DNA from: Candidatus Thorarchaeota archaeon
Lineage (GTDB): Archaea > Asgardarchaeota > Thorarchaeia > Thorarchaeales > Thorarchaeaceae
Direction of reading: 5' to 3'
DNA length: 10,771 bases
Assembly: GCA_048882385.1 (NCBI GenBank)
Contig: JBHLRQ010000104.1
Coordinates: 1-10,771, forward strand
The notes beneath the pieces were generated by a model. The model saw only the letters and a list, made by a program, of their open reading frames with translations. It was not told the DNA's origin and did no database searches. This document shows, piece by piece, positions 6,499 through 10,771 of this stretch. Position 1 is the stretch's first letter. The number at the start of each line of letters is the position of its first letter. A program made the translations under genes and the position numbers.

Positions 6499-9051
6499 AT
6501 GGCTACTCAGCCTAGAGTAACTCCTGTACCAAGTAACGCCCCCCTATTCGCTCACGAGTTCACGAAAAGAATGAGAGCTAGAAAGGATGTTACAAAGAAG
6601 CCTAGTGTACGACAAACACAGGCAATACCTCAACTTCTATCGGCCAGGTTCTTTAGAAAAGGAGAACTCAATCTTGAAGACTTTTTAGAAGCTGCTGTAT
6701 TTTCGACATTTCCAGCTGATCAGGACATTGCTCGTGAGGTGGCAGAGGACATTCTTCTTGGTCGTGAAAAGGTCACCCGACCCAAGTTATCGGATAAAGA
6801 GAGATCGGAATTGGCTGCTGCTGCAGCTAGACAGAACACTGATGCTTTGAAGGCTGTCATGGACCAGATTAGACGTGAACAAGAGTTAGCCAAAGTCATC
6901 AAGAAGGATAAAGTTCAGGCGGGGTATGATTATCTTCAGGATTTGCAGCAGAACGGTGACCAACAGCTCTACCAAGCTGCTACCAACTATCTCACTGATG
7001 GAGACATCGTTCTTCGCGGAATTACAAGTAATGAAGAACTAAAAGAAGTCGCTGGGAGTCAGCTTCTGGACAAAGCTGGAGCATTATCTTCGGATGATAT
7101 TCAGAACTCTCCAACTCTCGATGTACTTGATGAACTCTGTGAAACATCAAACGCTGCAGAACAGCTAGCGGCAAAGGCTCTTCGTCAAGATGGAGATGTG
7201 ATGGAGAATTTCGAGTCACTCGCAGGAGTCGACACATCAACAGCTGCACGTGCATTGCGTCATATCGAAGAGATGGGTACCTTGACGCAGGAGGAACGTG
7301 AGTCACTTGATCAAACCCTACAGAATGAGCTCAATGATCTAAGTGAAGTTGCTGATTACGCTTCAGAGATGAAACGACTTCCTGATAATCTGGACGAACA
7401 TATCAAAAACGCACCCAGTCAATACTCATTGAATGATGCTGCAGCCTTTGCTGATAAAATCAAGAAACATACCGGGCAAGACATCATGGATGACTTGCTG
7501 AAGGCGTATAATGAGGAATATGACAACGGCGGACATAATCATGTTGACATGAGACAGCTTTCAGAGACAGCTCGTGATAACAAAAATTGGGATGACCTTC
7601 TTGAAAAGGAAACAGAGTCAACAATTCAGGATGCACACTCACGATCATCACCTTCTGACTTCTTGAGGACTGAAGTTGCCCAAGGAGTGGGAATGGCTGG
7701 CAATTTACCATCATCCCATACAAAAGAAGAATGGTCCAAGTCTATGCAGAAACTAGCAAATGCAGCAGTAGAAACCTCTCCAACAAAGACTCATCTTCGG
7801 ACCACGGTGAAACAGCTATCAAGGATGGGGCAAGTACCATCCAAAGAAACCATTCGAGAAGCTGGTGAACGCTTAGGCATGACTGAGGCAGAAATCCTTG
7901 AACTCCTTAATCCTTCATACGATGTGATCAAGAAGCTTATTGAGGGTGGTCTTGAGGACTTCGATAGATTACACAATCTTATTTCAGCTGCAGGTTTGAC
8001 TCACCAACAGATGCGTCAACTTGCAGACATTGCTGCAGAACAAGGAAATCAAAGTGCACTAGGTGCCATTGCACACGAAGACCTACATGCAGCACTTGGA
8101 ACTACAAGTCAGCAGTATGGCTATGGTCAACGACGCTACGGAGCCGCACCTGGGAGTGGTGATGGTTCTCAAGCCTTTGACAAAAATCGGGCTGAAATGG
8201 CTATGGGCGGTCTTCTTGGTGGACCTGCAACCAACATTGTTAGAATCTGGTATGCGTATCGAAACCAACTACCTTTTGAGATCAAGAAGCAGCTGCGTGA
8301 GATAGCCAAGCGTCTACTTATTGATCTTGGTATGAGATATGCTCGCCAAACAATGGGTAGTAGTATGTTGGGAGGAATTCAGGAATCAACTACAGTTCGA
8401 CCATTTAAGATTGGAGATGACATGGATTTGATTAACCTTGAGGAAACGATTGACTCACTCCTGAGTCAAGGTAGGGCAAACTTCAAGGTGATAGAGACCT
8501 CAGACTTTCTTGTGACTGAAACCTATCAAGGACACCGTGCATTCTATTGGGCTCTTGATAAGAGTGGATCTATGGATTCAGCTGAGAAATTAGGAATGTT
8601 AGCAATTTCAGTCATGGCTGGCTTGTATGGAGTCAAGAAGGATGATTTTGGTGTCGTTCTCTTTGATAATGATACACATATTGTAAAGAGAATGGCTGAG
8701 AAATCTGTTTCCGTTGAAAAAGTTGCATCAGATCTCCTAGAGGCTAGAGCTGGTGGAGGAACAGGGGGGGCTGTGTCTATCCGGATGGCTCTTGAAAATT
8801 TTGAGGATACACGAGCCAAGGAAAAGATCTTCGTGTTTTCCACTGATATGTTTCTAAGTGATCAACAACAGTGTGAGGAACTTGCCGAGCGAATGAAACC
8901 ACTAGGTATCAAGATGATAATTCTGGTTCCAAAATCATCTTACAATCCACAGGCTGCTAATAGTCTTGCAAGGAAAGCTCATGGTGTGGTTTTAGATATT
9001 GCATCGGTTGAAGAGTTGCCGGAAAAACTACTACGAGTTACTAACTACTGA
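6499..9051 (+). CDS. Large VWA (MIDAS) domain protein, MoxR partner: N-terminal AAA-lid-like segment, long acidic helical middle, C-terminal VWA
   Basis: MIDAS DKSGS (8557-8571), GGGTGG (Thr) and FSTD (Asp). A CoxE-like pre-VWA motif VRPFKIGDDMDLINLEETI precedes it. The gene starts 4 nt after the ATPase stop. Confidence 0.9.
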   Translation: MATQPRVTPVPSNAPLFAHEFTKRMRARKDVTKKPSVRQTQAIPQLLSARFFRKGELNLEDFLEAAVFSTFPADQDIAREVAEDILLGREKVTRPKLSDKERSELAAAAARQNTDALKAVMDQIRREQELAKVIKKDKVQAGYDYLQDLQQNGDQQLYQAATNYLTDGDIVLRGITSNEELKEVAGSQLLDKAGALSSDDIQNSPTLDVLDELCETSNAAEQLAAKALRQDGDVMENFESLAGVDTSTAARALRHIEEMGTLTQEERESLDQTLQNELNDLSEVADYASEMKRLPDNLDEHIKNAPSQYSLNDAAAFADKIKKHTGQDIMDDLLKAYNEEYDNGGHNHVDMRQLSETARDNKNWDDLLEKETESTIQDAHSRSSPSDFLRTEVAQGVGMAGNLPSSHTKEEWSKSMQKLANAAVETSPTKTHLRTTVKQLSRMGQVPSKETIREAGERLGMTEAEILELLNPSYDVIKKLIEGGLEDFDRLHNLISAAGLTHQQMRQLADIAAEQGNQSALGAIAHEDLHAALGTTSQQYGYGQRRYGAAPGSGDGSQAFDKNRAEMAMGGLLGGPATNIVRIWYAYRNQLPFEIKKQLREIAKRLLIDLGMRYARQTMGSSMLGGIQESTTVRPFKIGDDMDLINLEETIDSLLSQGRANFKVIETSDFLVTETYQGHRAFYWALDKSGSMDSAEKLGMLAISVMAGLYGVKKDDFGVVLFDNDTHIVKRMAEKSVSVEKVASDLLEARAGGGTGGAVSIRMALENFEDTRAKEKIFVFSTDMFLSDQQQCEELAERMKPLGIKMIILVPKSSYNPQAANSLARKAHGVVLDIASVEELPEKLLRVTNY

Positions 9052-9789
9052 TCACATTGGAGAATAACCAGTTCTCTCTGTAAGAGATTTTTCCTTGGAT
9101 TCGCAGACCCAGAATTTATACGCGCAGATGTAATCCTCAGTTCCTCTAAGGTCAAGAAGTCTTGAACTAAACAGTCTTCGCATAATTCTCATGTATCTAA
9201 AGAATGGGTCTCCGGGTGGAACTATCTCTGCAACACAATTTACCTGGTAGCTTTGGGCCTCAGGTGCTGTTTCTTGAGACCAGAAAAAGCTAAGTGAAAC
9301 TCTTGGATCGCGTTGAATATTTTGATAGGTCTGATCACCATACATTTCAACCGCTCCAAGCCGGAATCGATCTATCTTGCTATCATCAAGCATTATCTGT
9401 TGATACAGATCAATTCTCTCTTCAATTGTATCTTGAAACGATCTTCCTTGAAATGCTAGTTCTGCTCCTTCTAGCTCAAGTATTTTGTCTTCTAGAGCAT
9501 CGTCATTGAGCGTAAGTCGAATCAACTTCTTTGCAGAGTTTACTGGAAAAATGCCAGTTGAATTCACAGTGGAAACTGTTGGCTTCATCAAGGTCGCTTC
9601 ATAGAGGCACTTCAGTTTCTCGTTTGTATCTTGCACACCCTCAAGTGTATTGACGATAGCTTCGTATATCGCATCTGGAATAGCATTAAGGGGAAATGAA
9701 ACCTTAAGACCACTGATATCAATCTCAATCCTTCTCAATTCGCGATCGATGAACTTGATTGCAGAGGGCTTTTCATCTGACACATTCAT
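9052..9789 (-). CDS. Pyridoxamine 5'-phosphate oxidase-like (FMN-binding split barrel) family protein
   Basis: PTVSTVN...VNSA and EMYGDQTYQNIQRDPRVSLSF...SYQVNCVAEIV match the split-barrel pattern (t..Nl..nP.vsl.f...syqi.g.aei). ATG 9789, preceded by GGGG, is preferred over TTG 9807. Confidence 0.7.
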   Translation of the reverse strand: MNVSDEKPSAIKFIDRELRRIEIDISGLKVSFPLNAIPDAIYEAIVNTLEGVQDTNEKLKCLYEATLMKPTVSTVNSTGIFPVNSAKKLIRLTLNDDALEDKILELEGAELAFQGRSFQDTIEERIDLYQQIMLDDSKIDRFRLGAVEMYGDQTYQNIQRDPRVSLSFFWSQETAPEAQSYQVNCVAEIVPPGDPFFRYMRIMRRLFSSRLLDLRGTEDYICAYKFWVCESKEKSLTERTGYSPM

Positions 9790-9860
9790 AACCCCATCTA
9801 ACTGCAAAAGATTCTCTCAAAGGCTGTATTTTAACATATGTCGGATTATTGAAACCTACT

Positions 9861-9875
9861 GAAAAACATCATAAG
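9861..9875 (+). promoter_or_regulatory. Possible BRE-TATA-like promoter for the gelsolin-wHTH genes
   Basis: GAAAAAC-ATCATAAG about 45 nt upstream of ATG 9919, followed by the direct repeat TCTATAT-GT-TCTATAT (9880-9895), which is an alternative TATA candidate. Confidence 0.3.
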
Positions 9876-9918
9876 CAGGTCTATATGTTCTATATCTAAT
9901 ATTTGTGTAATCTGAGGC

Positions 9919-10206
9919 ATGATGAACATGGTTGAAGCGTTTGAGATCGACTCCCAAGCTAGAATGGTGGCATATGAGGGCGATTCTATTGAAGTCGATA
10001 CAAGCAAAGTTCTCGTGTTTGTTGTGCATGAGGCAAGAACTGTCTATCTGTGGAGGGGAAAGAAAGCAGACATTTTTGAAAAATTGATGGGAACTAGGGT
10101 TGCTGCAAAATTAAGCCACACATATTCAGAGTACAGAATTCGTCCAATCTCAGAAGGCAATGAACCAGCTGCATTTCTGCATTTGATTGGAACGAAACTC
10201 AAGTGA
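9919..10206 (+). CDS. Single-domain gelsolin (Asgard ProGel-type actin regulator)
   Basis: 95 aa matching the gelsolin-repeat consensus along its length: VDTSKVLVFV, TVYLWRGKKA (iy.W.G..s), IFEKLMGTRVAAKL (long helix, E..A..l), IRPISEGNEPAAFLHLI (v.eG.E...F..l). Confidence 0.88.
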   Translation: MMNMVEAFEIDSQARMVAYEGDSIEVDTSKVLVFVVHEARTVYLWRGKKADIFEKLMGTRVAAKLSHTYSEYRIRPISEGNEPAAFLHLIGTKLK

Positions 10207-10232
10207 ACCTTCACCAGAAAACACTTAGTTGA

Positions 10233-10553
10233 TTGTCCTCTTTATCACATGTGGTTCCAGTGCATGAAATAAATCGACTTGCATACCTTAATAGAATACG
10301 GAATGTGAGGAGAGGTCTATTATCACGCACTGAAATCATCAATCACTTGAATGCTGATATCTGGATTACCACCTCAGAGATTGCTACTCGAATTCACCTG
10401 ACACCGCATACTGTACTTTATCATCTTCGAAATATGGAGAGAGAGAAAGTTGTTGAGCGCGACTCAGAGGGGAAAGGCTGGCGGCTTGGTCCCTATGAAC
10501 AGAGTGAATTGGAACAATTTCTGATATCATCGAGAAGTAAGAAAATGAAATGA
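10233..10553 (+). CDS. Winged helix-turn-helix DNA-binding protein (ArsR/Lrp-like HTH)
   Basis: RTEIINHL..ITTSEIATRIHLTPHTVLYHLRNMEREKVVER..KGWRL gives HTH plus wing. The start is uncertain (TTG 10233 or a downstream GTG). Confidence 0.85.
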   Translation: MSSLSHVVPVHEINRLAYLNRIRNVRRGLLSRTEIINHLNADIWITTSEIATRIHLTPHTVLYHLRNMEREKVVERDSEGKGWRLGPYEQSELEQFLISSRSKKMK

Positions 10554-10694
10554 AAGGATCATTGTAGGGACACTATTCCCCACACTCAGCAGCGTCCTGC
10601 ATCACATTCTGCATCGCACTAATAAGCTCTGTCTGTCTTAGAAGGCCAATGTTACTATTCATCTGTATGTTCGTATTGAATATGATGTGATTCC

Positions 10695-10771
10695 ATGAAG
10701 ATTCGTGCAATTGTTCGACCGCCTGGAAAGAAATTCAGAAACTGTCTTTCCAATCATCCTTTGCATCATAC
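10695..10771 (+). CDS. N-terminus of a dimethylarginine dimethylaminohydrolase/amidinotransferase (pentein) family protein (partial)
   Basis: Manual translation gives MKIRAIVRPPGKKFRNCLSNHPLHH. AIVRPPG..F...L is the typical prokaryotic DDAH N-terminus. GATGTGA lies upstream of the ATG. Only 25 full codons are visible. Confidence 0.6.
   Translation, partial: MKIRAIVRPPGKKFRNCLSNHPLHH

Noticed and set aside
7855-7910. Death-domain-like word AGERLGMTEAEILEL in the VWA spacer
   Set aside because: It is a generic helix-turn-helix capping motif, too short to support homology.
1324-9862. Remaining short ORFs nested in or antisense to the long genes (e.g. 2652-3017, 4357-4650, 8063-8305, 8544-8843, 9650-9862)
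   Set aside because: They are shadow frames of well-supported CDSs with no independent motifs.
9049-10270. Selenocysteine read-through at the TGA stops of the VWA and gelsolin genes
   Set aside because: Both domains are complete at the stop, the extensions run into neighbouring genes with non-protein-like sequence, and no SECIS-like hairpin was evident.
10554-10694. Short repeats (CTGCATCACA / CTGCATCGCA) and a weak GGGA..TCCC stem, considered as an ncRNA or CRISPR remnant
   Set aside because: There are only two short imperfect copies with no spacer periodicity, and no tRNA cloverleaf or convincing C/D box arrangement.

Overview
Gene-dense archaeal window of roughly 42-43% GC (estimated by eye), with archaeal-type TATA/BRE promoters and several non-ATG starts. 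A stand-alone one-domain gelsolin points to an Asgard archaeon, most likely Thorarchaeota (inference). Left to right: (1) two translationally coupled minus-strand membrane proteins sharing a Zn-ribbon plus B-box-like module, the leftmost being truncated and absent from the ORF track; (2) a tiny Pro/Gln- and Cys-rich tail-anchored membrane protein; (3) a VIT1/CCC1 transporter and D-cysteine desulfhydrase-family gene pair; (4) a CAD/Ahr-type Zn alcohol dehydrogenase; (5) a MoxR-type AAA+ ATPase with an atypical Walker B (NE), followed by an 850-aa VWA protein whose N-terminus resembles a copy of the ATPase's own lid domain; (6) a PNPOx-like split-barrel protein; (7) the gelsolin; (8) a winged-helix protein ending in a PIP-box-like motif; (9) the start of a DDAH-like amidinotransferase. 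No rRNA, tRNA, CRISPR array or IS element was recognised. All assignments come from reading motifs by eye; no searches were run.
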